A stretch of 64,000 nt of DNA from Microthyrium microscopicum (GCA_010405405.1 MU004240.1:510316-574315); one strand, 5' to 3'; positions 38,210-51,502 are shown, counted from the first letter of the stretch. Notes: a model not told the origin generated them from the sequence alone. Translations and numbers: made by a program.

Positions 38210-39706
38210 TCAACCCGACTCCTCAATCTTGTCCCCAGGTACGTCCACAGCTGTCTCCATAACAACATCCTGCTGTTCGACTGCCTCCGCCAACTCAGCA
38301 CCCAGACCACCACCTACCTCAGCGCCTGCCACTGCTACTCGATCCAAGTTCCCATAGCCCTTCCCATTCCTCTTCTTCTCTCCTGGCCCACTCCGATACT
38401 GATATCCCCTTATTCTTGGTCCCGCGCCTGTCTTGGCCGGCAACTCAGCCTCATAAAGCTCGTTAAATGCAATGACATCCGCCTCCCAGGTGCCCGCTTT
38501 GATACTGGCGCGGATGCCAGCAAAGAAGCGGTGCATTATAGCGTGGTTGTGTAATTGCAAAAATGTCCAACCGAGCATTTCTTTGGCGCTTAGTAAATGC
38601 TGCATATATGCGCGTGTGCATGTATCGCATGCGTGGCAGTCGCAGTTCGGTGAGAGGGGTTCTAGCGAGGTGTTGTGGATGGGCAGTGCGAGATCAATTG
38701 CTAATGGTTCTGGCGTGGTACTGTTGGATGACGGTGAGGGCGGTGGGAAGCTGAATGATAGCGCCAGTCCTGCATCGCTAGCCTCGCCGATGAAGGGGAT
38801 GGTGAAGATGTCAATACCGGCGTTGATGTGTGATAGTATGGTGTGTGGAGAGGATGGTGGAAAGAGTGAGAAGCGTGGGAGGCTGGCTAGGGAGTCTGGA
38901 ATGCCGGGGAGGGCGATTGGATCATAGATTGCTAAACCCGATATATTACTGTGGTTGGTGAGATCAGAGAGGTAGAGTTGCTGTTGCTCGGGTGCGATGG
39001 GTAGGATAGGCGCGAAGATTGGTGGGAAGGGGGTGTCCGTTTCGGCATCGGTTTGGGCTCTGAGGGTGCGGTCAAGCCATGTGCTGCTTCGGTCAAGTAT
39101 TTTCTCGGTGCGTTTAATGCTGCGTGTTGTGGTGTATACTACATCGGCCGGTGCGATGAAGATATCGGGCTGAAGAACGGTTGCGGCTTCTATATAGTCG
39201 TCCACTTTTTCATGGCGGAAGCCAACGGAAGTGTAGATGGTGAATGCCTCATTCGAGTTGGTCAGCGGCGCATCGACGGGTATCGGTCGTCGAAGGCCAA
39301 GTATGAGCAGCGTATCGTCGGGCTGGGTGGTGAATCGACGTAGCCGCGATAGATTTGGTAACGGAGGAATGTTATATATCGGTGGCGTCTGCTTCGGTGC
39401 TTTATCGAGGACTATTTGACATAGAATTAGTTGGGTTGTCGCATTGTGAAGAGATTTCATGACTGCCAACTTACAGTCCTCAATAGGTAGATATACACCA
39501 GGTATATGCGTGTGCTTTGCCTGAACGTCTGGCGCGATGTGTGGTATGATTCCTCGCGATGTGGTAGCCACAAAGCCTGGGGTCAATATCGCTTTTCGTT
39601 GAGGAACAGATAATCGACCTATTCTGGGTGTAGCACGCGCCGCTGCACTTAGGATGGTGAATGAAAGCATCTCGACAGGAAGCTCGGATAGACGAGATGT
39701 ATCCAT
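38210..39706 (-). CDS. QTRT2: Queuine tRNA-ribosyltransferase accessory subunit
   Basis: RIGRL..TPGFVATTSRG.IPH, TSVGFR, Zn site CDCHAC and YMQHLLSAKEMLGWTFLQLHN; probable in-frame intron ~39474-39415. Confidence 0.88.
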   Translation of the reverse strand: MDTSRLSELPVEMLSFTILSAAARATPRIGRLSVPQRKAILTPGFVATTSRGIIPHIAPDVQAKHTHIPGVYLPIEDCKLAVMKSLHNATTQLILCQIVLDKAPKQTPPIYNIPPLPNLSRLRRFTTQPDDTLLILGLRRPIPVDAPLTNSNEAFTIYTSVGFRHEKVDDYIEAATVLQPDIFIAPADVVYTTTRSIKRTEKILDRSSTWLDRTLRAQTDAETDTPFPPIFAPILPIAPEQQQLYLSDLTNHSNISGLAIYDPIALPGIPDSLASLPRFSLFPPSSPHTILSHINAGIDIFTIPFIGEASDAGLALSFSFPPPSPSSNSTTPEPLAIDLALPIHNTSLEPLSPNCDCHACDTCTRAYMQHLLSAKEMLGWTFLQLHNHAIMHRFFAGIRASIKAGTWEADVIAFNELYEAELPAKTGAGPRIRGYQYRSGPGEKKRNGKGYGNLDRVAVAGAEVGGGLGAELAEAVEQQDVVMETAVDVPGDKIEESG

Positions 39707-40317
39707 GACTTATCGGCCACGAAGACATCAACTATGTGGTGCGTAAAATTTCGAAAAATCGCGAAGTTGAGATGGAGTTGAGTTGAAAAAGCACTATGGC
39801 TGCGGGCCGTCCCGTAGCTAGCGTCTGCTTCCGTGTTAGGAAGGTACCTCTGTATGTACACATGTCTTGACGGTGCAATGCCACAAACCTCCAGATAAAA
39901 GTTGGTTATCTGCAGAGGCATGGCCAGAAAGTGATCAGGAACTTTTCAAGAGGAAGTTCTCCGATATATGATCTAATTGTTAGGAACTAAATACCGGTAG
40001 CACTTTCAATATACCTAACATGCGTTATCACCATTCAATGTGTAACTTGTAAGCAAAATAACAAGTACAATAGATTTTCAAATCGTCCCATATTCTGAAT
40101 AATCGAGGTAGAAAACTCATACTGATGTATGGGCCAGAACACCGTTCGTAGATGCAAACCCAGTCTATGAAAGGCAACATACTCTATGCAAATGGTCTAC
40201 AAATGCTCCCAGGTTCAAAACAAGATGAATCGGATCCGGAAAAAAAAGCCAGAGATATCGTGTCAAGAAGCGCACCCAACTCGGGAACATATATAATTCT
40301 CATCGGATTCTAAGTAG

Positions 40318-41697
40318 CTACTTTCTTGCTCGTCTCATGAGCTCCGCAGCTCCTCTCGCTGGGGCATATATCACATCCCAATAGTCTAGCGGAGGATCTC
40401 CTAGAAAAGGCGCTCCCTCATGTATCGCATTTCTCAATGCTTCCAGGAAGAAACGCTCTAGAATTTTGTCTCCATGCATGATTACCAAAGTTGGCTTCAC
40501 CTGTCAGTCGTTAGTTACACGTTTAGACCGTATCAAACGCTAAAAAGAGCGAGATAAAACTATAATATCCAGGCCAGCTCCACACGCTAAATCGGCGGTT
40601 TCTGACCTCATGATATCGCATCGCACTTCTTGGCTACCATCGAGTACGATGGAAGCCAGGTGATGCGGAAAAGGCTATCAAGGTTTCGACTAATCTCAAG
40701 GACACAGGTCGCAAACAGGAAAATCTTACATCGTCTTTTCCTCTTTGCTCAACGACCCTTTTCATCTCAGCTTCCACGTCTTTCCAAAACTGGCGGGATT
40801 CTGGCGCGTCATTGCTCGGATCGGCCGGTCTCGCATCAAACCCGAGATCGAAGTTTTCGAAATGTTTGTCTTCCTCGCCGTCTTGCGCAGAGCGTTTTCG
40901 AGTCAAGGATGTAGTCAAGGCGTTTCCAGAATAATGCACTGTATATACATCATATTCTTCCATCTCTTGTTCTTCACGACGACACTGCTCCTCCCAGTCC
41001 CAACTTTTGCACAGGCCATGACCATATCCAGCAAAAACTGCTTGGGTTTCATAGACAATAGGATTTTTTCGATCTGGCCAGGGAAAATATGCTATGTTGG
41101 CTTGTGAACACGCCTCTATCAGATGGTCTTCGGTCAATCCTTTCAAGTGAGGAGCAATGACTGCGATTTCTGTCGGTCGGAACCCAAGGTATGTTTCAAC
41201 TTGCAACAAAAGCAAGCTAATCATCTTTGCAAACGGTGCAATATCTAGGCTTTTTGGTGAAATATTGGCCCGAATCTGATTTGATAATGTTTTCTGCCCA
41301 ACGCTTAGCTTTGTTAGTAATCATATGGCAGGCATTGGAGATTAGACTTTTACTGTGTATAAGGTGCTGGTTGAATTGACAACTGAGCCATTGCTTCTTT
41401 ATATTCTGCTGGTGCTTCTGCTCCCGTAAACCAATGGTCCTCTTCATTTGGGTAAGTCACCCAGATTGCACTTGTTAGGTTTTAGTTTGATTGTCAGAAT
41501 GACTTGGAACTCGCATACCCATAAGAAGTGGACAAGTCGACTGCAACATGGACCTTTTCGTAGACAAAGCTGCTCCTCTCTGATCGAGGATCCGGAACAT
41601 TCTTAAGCGCGGCACCTTCCACGCCTGTTACTATCTGAAGTGCTACCCAGCTCGTGCTCATAAGCCGAGACACAACAAATGCCCAGCTGAACCGCAT
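40318..41697 (-). CDS. Hypothetical fungal protein; 4 exons
   Basis: Exons join in frame (AVDLSTSYG|AIWV..., AVFAGYGHGLC, ...GKDD|VKPTLVIMHGD, YAPARGAAEL). Hydrophobic N-terminus. Function not recognised. Confidence 0.65.
40501..40729 (-). mobile_element. Introner-like intron (229 nt)
   Basis: Shares the donor region (gtaagatt), the core ccatcgagtacga and the 3' region with the introns at 62873-63092 and 24257-24478. Confidence 0.65.
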
Positions 41698-42201
41698 GAG
41701 GGCCGACTTAAGCAGTTGAGAAACAGGTAGATGTCAATCACTAGAAGAAATCTACAACCCAGATAGAAAGAAAGTCTAGAAGCCGAGTAAATTTCTAAAC
41801 CAAAGCGATGATAAATAGCATATATTGTATTTAGGAATACAAAATTAAAAGTTATTTTCGGTTCCAAATCAAATTGAAGATGCAACTGAAAATGAATCAG
41901 AAAATATCTCTTCCAGGATTAGGTTTGATAATTGCGGCACAGTAACAAAGTACCCAGGTACCCAAGGGCCTCCTGAATCCTACAAAGGCAAGGATATATT
42001 CTTGAATCAAAACCAGGATCTCAAGTTTTCAACCCGTAGGGTTAAAATCAGGCGGACTCCCAGCACATACGATGTCTACCATCGCAGTCCATGAATGGAA
42101 CACGTCCAATTTCCAGCGTTTTCTGTTAAACCGGAAACTCACAATTATTTTGGCAACGTGATAAAACTTGAAGAAGAATCGATCTCAATAGGGATTTACT
42201 A

Positions 42202-43524
42202 CTACACCATTATCCTTCTCCTTGGATTGTTCTCATTGCCATACAGCTTCGGAGGTGGCTTTTGTCCTCTCATCAGTGCTCCTGGTGTCTCAGTGTACAT
42301 AGGACTCTCCTTTGGCTGTGCATACCCAATGAATGGGCCTGGGTTGTCTGGGTTGATTGTCGAACACTTCACTGTTGATGGATCTGCACCCTCCTCCCAG
42401 AAACAGCCACCAAGGCCTTTCATGCCCTTCTTAAGATCACTGGCAACGGCATGCTTGATAGCTTGTCCTTTCTCTTCTTTGAAGCGGGCATAGGCTTCAC
42501 CACGCTCGCCACTTAGAGCACCAGTGTTTGCTACAACAGGGACTGGACCTTGAGGCGGGTTATGTTCACCCTTGTACACTGCTGGACCCGGTGGAACCTA
42601 TTAAGATAGTCAGTGATTGTCATCAACGCGAGGGGGAGACTTGCGTATCGCTTTGGTCCGTAATGGACGTTGACGAGAAGGCCGGGATCGCGCCATCCGT
42701 ATGCTCCGGGGAACTTCTCACCAGGAGGGGAATCGGTTCCCGAGCCGGTCACTTGTACCTCTGTAGGATAACGCGTCAGCTATTATTCTTATTTATACTT
42801 TTGATGTTAATGACTTTACTCACTAACGCAGTTTGGATATGGCTGAGCTCCAATTTGTCCTTGAACAGTCTTCTCTTGCCATGCAAAGTGCAAGCCAATT
42901 ATTTCATGTCGTACAACATAAGTTCCGGGTTTGATATTGCTTGGAATGGTTACAGTTCTAGTGTTGTTATTGTCAATGAGATTGTGAGTACCCCGTCGGT
43001 CGGTTTTGGCATCATAGGTATCTTGGTCAATCTTGAAAAACTCGACCTGATTCACAGATATGTTTTCTGATGGCATGAATCCCATGTACTGCGGATGATA
43101 AGCCACATGCCGTGATTTTGCTACCTGAATACGAAACTCACTGTCAAGACTGGACCTTTATGACTTGCGAACCACTCTGTCCATTCAAAGGTGATGTTTG
43201 AACCCGCACGTGCCGGAGCTGTCAAGGCTGGAGAGACAAGAGGATTGAATCGACATGCAATGTCAGGCGAGTTGACATTATCAACTGGAGCAGTGCCATT
43301 GACGCGGGACTTTGAGTATCCCCACATGATGCGTTGGACGCCACCTGGGAAGTCATGGTCTACGCGGGTATCGAAAGCAGGATACCTGAGAAGGTCATTA
43401 GCACCAAAAATTCTATTAATCGTATAATTTGAGAAACCTACGTAGTGCCATCAACAGTTATTTTTTCAAGAAGGCCATGGCCAGCAGCGAGGGCTGCCGA
43501 TCCCAAAATTAGAAAGGAGTGCAT
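42202..43524 (-). CDS. AA9 lytic polysaccharide monooxygenase with C-terminal extension; multi-exon
   Basis: Signal peptide followed by His1 (AAG|HG); [42 protein letters not shown] and PGPAVY. Confidence 0.92.
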
Positions 43525-44432
43525 ATTTGTCTCTCCTCTCTCAACGAATTTGTTAGATCAAGTCGAATGCTTCTAGGAAAAAGGCAACGAAGCTTTCCAT
43601 TTAAGAGGTAGGGCACTCGTATACCGAGGTCGTCCAATGCGGGTTGTGATTGAGATTGGTGTACTACTACCTTATATCCATGGCTAAAGCAAGGTGAGTT
43701 TATGGCATTACTTTATGATCGATCGGTCTCAACTTGTTGAAATCGCCGAATGTACAGAGCAATTCGTTGAAGAAAACAGAAGTAAGTGGGGATGCTGAAT
43801 AGTAGTTAATATAATAGTTAAGCACTCACTTCGAAATAGGTACCTTTATGCTGATACTCGTCTGGAGTAGAGTGTGAGATAAATTGGGAAGCACGTACTA
43901 AAATGGTCTGTCAGCTTCCGTCTCCCATATACTTGGACAATAAATGGTAGTGAATAGCCCTTTTAGGCCGCTGATCTTATCAGCTTTCTGCACCTTTTTG
44001 CCAAGATCCATACACCAAAGATATCTACAAAAATAAATGGCGCGCTCCCATCGATTGCGGTACCCACCATCGCGCCTTACTCAAGAGTGTACACTGTAAT
44101 TGCCGTCGTATTCGGTATCCTTGATGTTGGCACGCCGCGTATTTGGTCCATTGGTTAACATCGGTTGATTCATTTCTCATCCCCTTCATCTCGCTTCGCA
44201 TCCTGACTACAATGCACAAAGTGACTGGCAAACAGCAATCAGCTTCGCTGGCTACCATCGGCTGCTCTATTTTTCATTAAACTCTTTACCACCTCTGCAT
44301 ACCTTATAACGGAAATTCTCGATCAATGGGAAATATGGCGTACGCTTCCTGATAATGGGCAATATCGATATCGTAGTTGGTGGGAGAACAGCGTTTATTG
44401 GTCTACTGGTAGCGGGCCACTATTGACACCGG

Positions 44433-44975
44433 TTATAGTTCGTTCCTGCTCCATCCTCCAAGCTCAAAAACGCGGCCTGCCTCCTTCAATGCCGATTGAT
44501 CGGGCATGCCTATATCACAATCCGCGTCAGATACAGCGCTGCAGTATTTGGAAATGGCCATGACTTACACAAGAGGCATCTTTCCTCACAGTTAGATTCG
44601 CCCTTCTTTCCGCCTCTGCAGGAGCAAGTGATCTTGTTTCCAGCAGCAGTGCATGTTGCTGTCTGCTCCGTAGCCTCGCAGAACTCTTTGCAGTCAGATT
44701 CATCTTCCTTATCACAGGCGGATCTAGGAGAGAACGATAGAGCTGTTTTACTGATTAGAAGCATGTTCCTTAAGCCTGATCGTGTTTCTTACGCCTCATG
44801 TTGCGAGCCGATGCATCGTGTTCAATTGCGATGGACATCTCTCCAGGAGCTGCGGATATGTGAGTGATCGGTTGCCAACCATCTTCCCTCGTCTCTTACC
44901 GTTACGCTCGAGAGTCATGGCTGATGTCAAGGCGAACAACGCCGGAAGGGCAACGGCTAGCTTGAGGAGCATCAT
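44433..44975 (-). CDS. Small secreted cysteine-rich prepropeptide, CS-alpha-beta defensin-like; 4 exons
   Basis: Signal MMLLKLAVALPALFALTSA, a pro-region ending in PR, then C-x7-C-x3-C-x8-C-x8-C-x-C plus C-x3-C-x2-C. Three GTAAG..AG introns keep the frame. The last exon is inferred. Confidence 0.7.
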
Positions 44976-46013
44976 ATTGTGAGATCTGTGTATGGGTAGG
45001 AGTTGTTGTTTTGTAGATTCTGATTGTCGCCTCGCTGTCGTGTCTGCATAGAGTCTTTAAAGATCAGAGGTGACGTCCTTGACTATCGGACATGAGACGC
45101 GGGGGCACGTGAGCTGATCCTTTAGCGTGAGAAAGGCAATAAGGCACGTTGATTGGTGCAGCATCACGTGTGCACCCATGCATGTTTCAACTCAGTTCAG
45201 TTTCAAGTCTGCCAAGAACAACAATAACATCACCTTCTACTATTCACAATTACGCTTTCATTCTTCGGGGGTCTACCTATATACCTTTGTCCATATCTTC
45301 TCGGAATTGGAATAGCACTCCACGCTGTGAGGCTATGACACGTAGAACATCTGGCGTCGCGGCTTCGCTTGCTGCATGAAACAACATCAAATCCTCATTG
45401 AAACATACCGTCACCCAAGAACTTTTCTTGGATCTGATCTCGAGTCACTTAAGGATGCAGTGTGCATCTGACGAAGTTCTACAAATTTACAGCGTAGGGC
45501 CTATTTTGAAATAAGCTAATGTGGAACACTACAATATTGAAAATCTGACGACTTGCAAGCTCTTGAGGTTTACAATCGAGTTTTATGACAACCATCAAGT
45601 GCGAAGAGAGCCATCAAATGCGAAGGAAATGTTCATCCAGTGAGTAGACCTTAAGGTACATGAAGGCTCTTGATAGTGACCGGCCAGGGCGGCCACTTGA
45701 GCAAAACTAAAAGTAAGACAACAGCCACCCTGGATGCTATAGGCCGTCATTTGTGTTAGCAGCCTGAATTCAACTTGATTTAAGCCTAAGTACATCTGAT
45801 CGTGCCTCATTTTTGGTCTTGATCTGCATGACATCAAAGTGCTTGAACAGGCAACCATTTGTATCAACTTCATTCACAACTCCATTGCATCCCTCTCCTT
45901 ATTGGACTCATATCATCGCACAAGTAATTCACTTCCACCGATAATAAGGTATGGACCAAAAGTAGCCCATACAATTGCCTGGAACAGATACGGGAGTGAA
46001 AATTCACTAAGCC

Positions 46014-48182
46014 ATGGAATCAAACGATTGCACTATCTGTCAACAGATCTGGCTTCGATTTACCGACCCCACTTCTACACATGAAGTAAACTTTGGGTCT
46101 TTCGCAGAAGCAAGTTCAACAACCTGCCTTGATCATGGTCCCCTTACTCGAGAATTCATCGCCTATTGTCAGCCTTCAAGCCATTCCCGTATCCAAGCAT
46201 CTACAGATATAGGCATCCGAAAAGGTTACCCAGGACATAGCGTAACCTTATACCAATCAATCTCGAAAGCAGGCTTGTACTGGGGTCTGTCTCTTGTGAA
46301 CCGAGACAGTGACGCTCAACACCACTCCATACAACCAGGAACGGGGCGAATCCTAGACCCGGATTTTGTTGATCTCGATATCGTGAATACGTGGAAGAAG
46401 GACTGTCTCAGAACTCACGGTGCCAAATGTGTGAATCCAATGAAAATATGGAAGACCCAGCCAGCATGGCTGGTAGATGTTGAGAAGAAGTGCATTGTTC
46501 CTGGCGCTGATTGTGGGCCGTTTGTTGCACTGAGTTATAGAAGCGGAAAAGATCATGAGCTTGCGTTAGACTCATCAGTCATGGCAGAGCTACTGGCCCC
46601 TGCTGCTATAGACAACACAGATCTTGGTCCATATATCAGTCCTATCATCCGCCGGGCGATCTTGTTGACGGCTGCACTTGGAGAACGTTACCTTTGGGTG
46701 GACGCGCTATGTATAGTCCACGGCGATTTTGCGTCGACAACAGAGCAAATCAACCTCATGGGCGCCATATATGCGAATGCCAATCTCACAATCATAGCTG
46801 CGGATGGGGATTCTCAAACTGGGCTTGCGGGTCTTGAGATCTCGTCTTCACGTGCACTCGAACAACGCATCATTCCATTTGGGGAGGAAACTATCACAGT
46901 TCGGAATACAAACATATTTTCGCTGGGGCAGGGTACACCATACTACGAACGTGCCTGGACATACCAAGAATACAAGCTGTCCCCACGAAAACTAATCTTC
47001 AACAAGAAAGAAGCACATTGGGAATGTCAATGCAGCGTCTTCCACGAAGAACTTATCGCCGGGACTGAAGTAGACAAATACATTGACCCTCGACTTTCAG
47101 TAATACTTGCAGGGTTTCCAGATATAGAGTCTCTAGACCACATTATAACAAATTATAATGACCGTAACTTGACCTATGACGAGGATGTTGTGGCTGGAAT
47201 ATCGGGTTTATTGTCTGTAGCCAGCAGATCATTCGAAGGAGGATTCCTGTACGGAATCGCGGAGTGCATGTTTGAACGGGGCTTGTGCTGGAAGCCATAC
47301 TGGAATCACACGAACCTGAGACGGAGAATTGCATCAAACCGATATGATGATAGTCAACTTCCTTCAGCTCCCGTTATACCGTCTTGGTCTTGGGTAGCAT
47401 ACCAAGGACTAGTACGATTCGGATGTGAAGCTGTGAGGATCAACGACAGGAAGAGTTGGACATCAGAAACAATACCGATTACCGAGTGGTACACCAGTGA
47501 TTCTTTGAAGAGCTCTTCACGGCGAAAGATTGAAACGACTTGGTTCAACAATGTGTCTTCATTCAAAGATCCTACTACACCTCTGCCAAAAGGCTGGACT
47601 CGCCACGACAGTTCAGATGAGGAGCCGCCAAAACAACCACGATTATGGCCTGATGGATGCCACGACCAAGTTTTTCGACACCAAAACATGCCTGATGACG
47701 ATTGTCCACTCTGGTATTACCCTTTTCCAGTATCAGATATTGACGAGTCGACCCCGCCGCGTTTGACAGAGCAAACGGCATATCTATTCGCTAAAACGAA
47801 GAAAGCCTGTGTATGGGCTTGCCGTCCAGATCATCATAGCAAGAAGGATAATCTTATCGATATCTATGGAGAATCGGGGGATAAGATCGGTACTCTGCAT
47901 CTGCAAAACGAGGAGCAATTGCAACAATTTACATCCACAGACGGCACTGAAAACCCAAGAGTTTCTATCGAGGTTGTTGCAATTTCCATTACTCGTCGTT
48001 ATTTGCTAACGTGGGACGACGATCTTCGTCAGTTTCGGCATCCTCAGAATACTAAAGAAATGTATGATGTGCTTTGGGTGACATGGAATGACGGAGTCGC
48101 GTATCGACAAGCGTGCGGAACAGTCCAGAAAAAGGAGTGGGAGATATTGGACTTGGAGATCATGAATTTGATACTGGGCTAA
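46014..48182 (+). CDS. HET-domain (heterokaryon incompatibility) protein
   Basis: WLVDV, FVALSY, LGERYLWVDALCI, MGAIYANANLTIIAADG, RAWTYQE and PSWSW; intronless 722 aa. Confidence 0.92.
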   Translation: MESNDCTICQQIWLRFTDPTSTHEVNFGSFAEASSTTCLDHGPLTREFIAYCQPSSHSRIQASTDIGIRKGYPGHSVTLYQSISKAGLYWGLSLVNRDSDAQHHSIQPGTGRILDPDFVDLDIVNTWKKDCLRTHGAKCVNPMKIWKTQPAWLVDVEKKCIVPGADCGPFVALSYRSGKDHELALDSSVMAELLAPAAIDNTDLGPYISPIIRRAILLTAALGERYLWVDALCIVHGDFASTTEQINLMGAIYANANLTIIAADGDSQTGLAGLEISSSRALEQRIIPFGEETITVRNTNIFSLGQGTPYYERAWTYQEYKLSPRKLIFNKKEAHWECQCSVFHEELIAGTEVDKYIDPRLSVILAGFPDIESLDHIITNYNDRNLTYDEDVVAGISGLLSVASRSFEGGFLYGIAECMFERGLCWKPYWNHTNLRRRIASNRYDDSQLPSAPVIPSWSWVAYQGLVRFGCEAVRINDRKSWTSETIPITEWYTSDSLKSSSRRKIETTWFNNVSSFKDPTTPLPKGWTRHDSSDEEPPKQPRLWPDGCHDQVFRHQNMPDDDCPLWYYPFPVSDIDESTPPRLTEQTAYLFAKTKKACVWACRPDHHSKKDNLIDIYGESGDKIGTLHLQNEEQLQQFTSTDGTENPRVSIEVVAISITRRYLLTWDDDLRQFRHPQNTKEMYDVLWVTWNDGVAYRQACGTVQKKEWEILDLEIMNLILG

Positions 48183-49099
48183 GTGGGTTCCATCATGAGA
48201 GAAGAGATCGGAAGTTTCCATCATTACATCAGCACCCTGAAACTGGCACAAGTTTAGCGGACAAATGGCCGACACAATAGCTGGTGTGTCCCCATGACTC
48301 ACATGGTTCTCATCTGCCACGCATTGTTGTCAAGTGCTCATTGTGGGTCATAGGGAGTCCATAGGAGGCTACCCGAGAAACAAGAAACGCATACAACATA
48401 ATGCAATTTGTATTGGTTCTCAAGTCCGTTGAAACTGCAACGTAATACCAACCCGCGATATTGAATCAACGAGGTTTGTTCCACAAAGTAATAGGCAGCC
48501 TTCTTCTGTCATACGTTGGTGTTACACCAGTCAATAGGTAGAATCGATACTGACGCCCTGCTGCTGAATAGCATAATCGTGTGGTGTTGAAATCAGCCAG
48601 CCGTTTGAAATGATATCCTGATCTACTACGATGTCTACCATGTTCTACGCAATTTCTCGAATGCTGTATTTACCATCAACTACTTAGAAAGAGCCAGCAC
48701 ACTACTAAAGGCACAGGTTCGAGCACTCTTTCTTGATGAAGCATTGTACCGGACATTGTAGTTCAGGGGAGAAATGCTCAAATGGCTCACTTGCTTTGAG
48801 CTCCAGGTATCATCCTCATTCGAGAAAACTGCTCTCAGTCATTTCTTGCTCCGTGGTTTCCTGGCTTGTCGTATTGGTTCCCAGTCGATTCCATGCATCA
48901 CAACGTGGTACCGAATCCTTGATCTTGCGACCAGCACGTCGGTGTCAATTAGAATCCGAATTCTTTGGTTGGCTCACTTTGTACTTACAGGGTACCGACT
49001 TGCTTGCTATTTACATCGAGTATCAATGCTTTGAATTGGTATCCGGCCTTCTAGAAGTGTTGAATATCACCTTTTCTGCATTCTCCTGAGCACAAATTA

Positions 49100-51306
49100 A
49101 TGAAAATGGTCAAAAAGGCAGTGGCATATGCACCGCTCTCACCCAAACCCAGCCGATTGTATGTGTCTAGGAGCAAATAGTGAGAGATAGTTGGAACTGC
49201 TAACTCCATCTCAGGTTGACTCTATGGTGGTGGGAATTGCTTACCTGGGTACTTGGGACCTCAGCCACCGGAGCTATCTTTGCAATTTTGATATTTTACA
49301 GCGACAAAGCACAAGATCAATGGCGCTCGAACCTCAGCATGAATGCTATACTATCCGCTCTCTCCCAGCTAGCTCAGTCGGCATTAACAGTATCAGTCAC
49401 GGTGGGCATCGCCCAACAAAAGTGCGCATGGTTTAGTAAACAGAGGAAAATCAAAGATCTCAATCTTTTGGATGACGCGACTAGAGGGCCGGAAGGAAAT
49501 CTACGTTTTCTCATCAATCTCCCTTCAAGATATGGCTCCAAGGTCTGGGAATGGTCAAGTTTTCTCGCATCCATTGGCGCCGTCATTGTCCTGCTGATGC
49601 TCACTTTTCAGAGCTTTGTTCAGCAGGCGCTTCAAATCGAGCAACGCGACGTAACGGATGCTACTCCAGCGTATATTCCTGCTTTGACTAGCTTCGATAT
49701 CTTTGATGGGGATGGATATGGCCCCACGGGTACGTAATTATGGCATGAGCCTACTTCTGATCGTTCATGCCGACTAAATTGTTCCAGACTGCGTTTATGC
49801 TGGAAGCGGTGGTACAAATTGCAAGGGAGATATAACCCCGATCATGGAATCAGCTATAGAGAATGGATTCAAAGGTCGCGACGTTAAGATTGCCAGTCCC
49901 CCTGGACAGTGCTCCACTTCAAACTGCAGATGGGACTCCTATCAAACCCTTGGCTTCTGCTCATCCATCCAGGATATTTCAAACGACGTTAACAATTGGA
50001 CAGTGATTGCCCCTTCTTATCTTTATGCTGGGTATGACAAGGAAAACAAGATCAAACGCGTAGGTGACGATAATGGACGAAATAACACTGTTTGGTTCAC
50101 ATCCGTTTCTCCGGGAGGTATTGGGTATCTCAATGAAACGGATGCTCCCAACAGTTTATTATTCGAAGTTTACTTGATCTATACAAACCATCTCGAATTT
50201 ACGGCCTCTCCTCCATTAGTGCTCGCAGCAAAAGGCACAGTCTCCCTATGCGTACGCACACACCAAACCACCATTTCCAATGGTATCATGAACACAGAAG
50301 CGGTGGGCCCAGGTCAAATACTCGATCTCTGGAAAGCGACAGGGCTATGTGGTCAGGCGTCCGGCAATCCGACGCGGTATTGTGCCTCAGAGTTGGGTAT
50401 TCAGAATCTTCGAGGATACATATCTGGAGCCGACTTTAAAGGGAGCGCGAATTTGAAAAACCAGATGGCTGGCGACGATTATTACGGCGGCAGAGGTCGA
50501 ACCATGTTTTCAGGTAAGCCATTCTGTTGCACTCAAGTCTTGAAATATCGTGGGAGAACTCGGTGTTACCGATTTTGTCAAGTCGGTTCCATCTTGACTG
50601 ATCGTCCAACCCAAGAAAATCTAAGCTCCGAATTGCGCGAGATACTGCTATCACATTTCAAAGCTCCCATTGAATGCGATGGCTCCCATGGCTCAGCATG
50701 GCAATTTAGCATGGAAAGATGAATAAGATATTCAGGGCGTGTTAGCTTTGGACTTTGATCTCGCAATAACATGCTAACACATTTTAGATCTGTATCCACA
50801 AGGAGGGACGCAGCTCACAGAGAAAGATTTGGCAGATGTCAAAGGTTTCGAGAAGCGCATGGAAAACATTGCCATCGAAATGACCAACTCGTAAGTAAAG
50901 TACCTTCCACCGAAACGTTCGGCTTGTTCGACAGCATTCTGAGCTCACTCAAAGTATCATGATCCGCGCTCAACAGAATAAGACCACAATCCACACTCAA
51001 CTCGCTAGAGGAATCGCACTGAGAACGGAGTCGTACTATAAGGTTGAGCTTTACTGGCTTGCAATGCCTGCATTTGTTTGGCTTCTATGCACGATTCTGT
51101 TTTGCTCAACACTTGTACAAGCTTCCCGTGGGTTGTCTCCGATTTGGAAGTTCTCACCGTTAGTGCTTTTGGATTGTGAGGATGGGACATCTGGGTCGCT
51201 GAATGATGTTGCGGCAAACCATAAGGAGACCTATGCTCAGGTGAAGCCGTGTAAGAAGGCTGCGGGAGCTTGGAGATTGGAAAGAGAGACGCGCACAATT
51301 CTGTAG
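49100..51306 (+). CDS. DUF3176-like membrane protein; 5 exons
   Basis: WWWELL, IAQQKCAWF, DDATRGPEG, FQSFVQQ, CSTSNCRWDSYQTLGFCS, NIAIEMTN and PIWKFSPL; GT-AG introns restore the frame. Confidence 0.75.
50514..50787 (+). mobile_element. Introner-like intron (274 nt)
   Basis: The 5' end resembles intron 40729-40501. It contains gaatgcgatggctcccatg and shares a 3' gtgttagctt with intron 63092-62873. Confidence 0.55.
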
Positions 51307-51502
51307 ATAATATGCCGAAAGGACAATAAAGTAACGGCGATGCAGAAGGTAGACAATTCAATCGATGTTGACTCCAGATCCACGCTAAGCCAAATTGGGA
51401 CCCGTTCAACGCGACCGCCTTCTTGCCTCGACTTTCGGGATGCAACTTGTAAACATTGCCAACACACCGCGGATTCGAAACCAGCCAAATTGCGCAGTGA
51501 AG

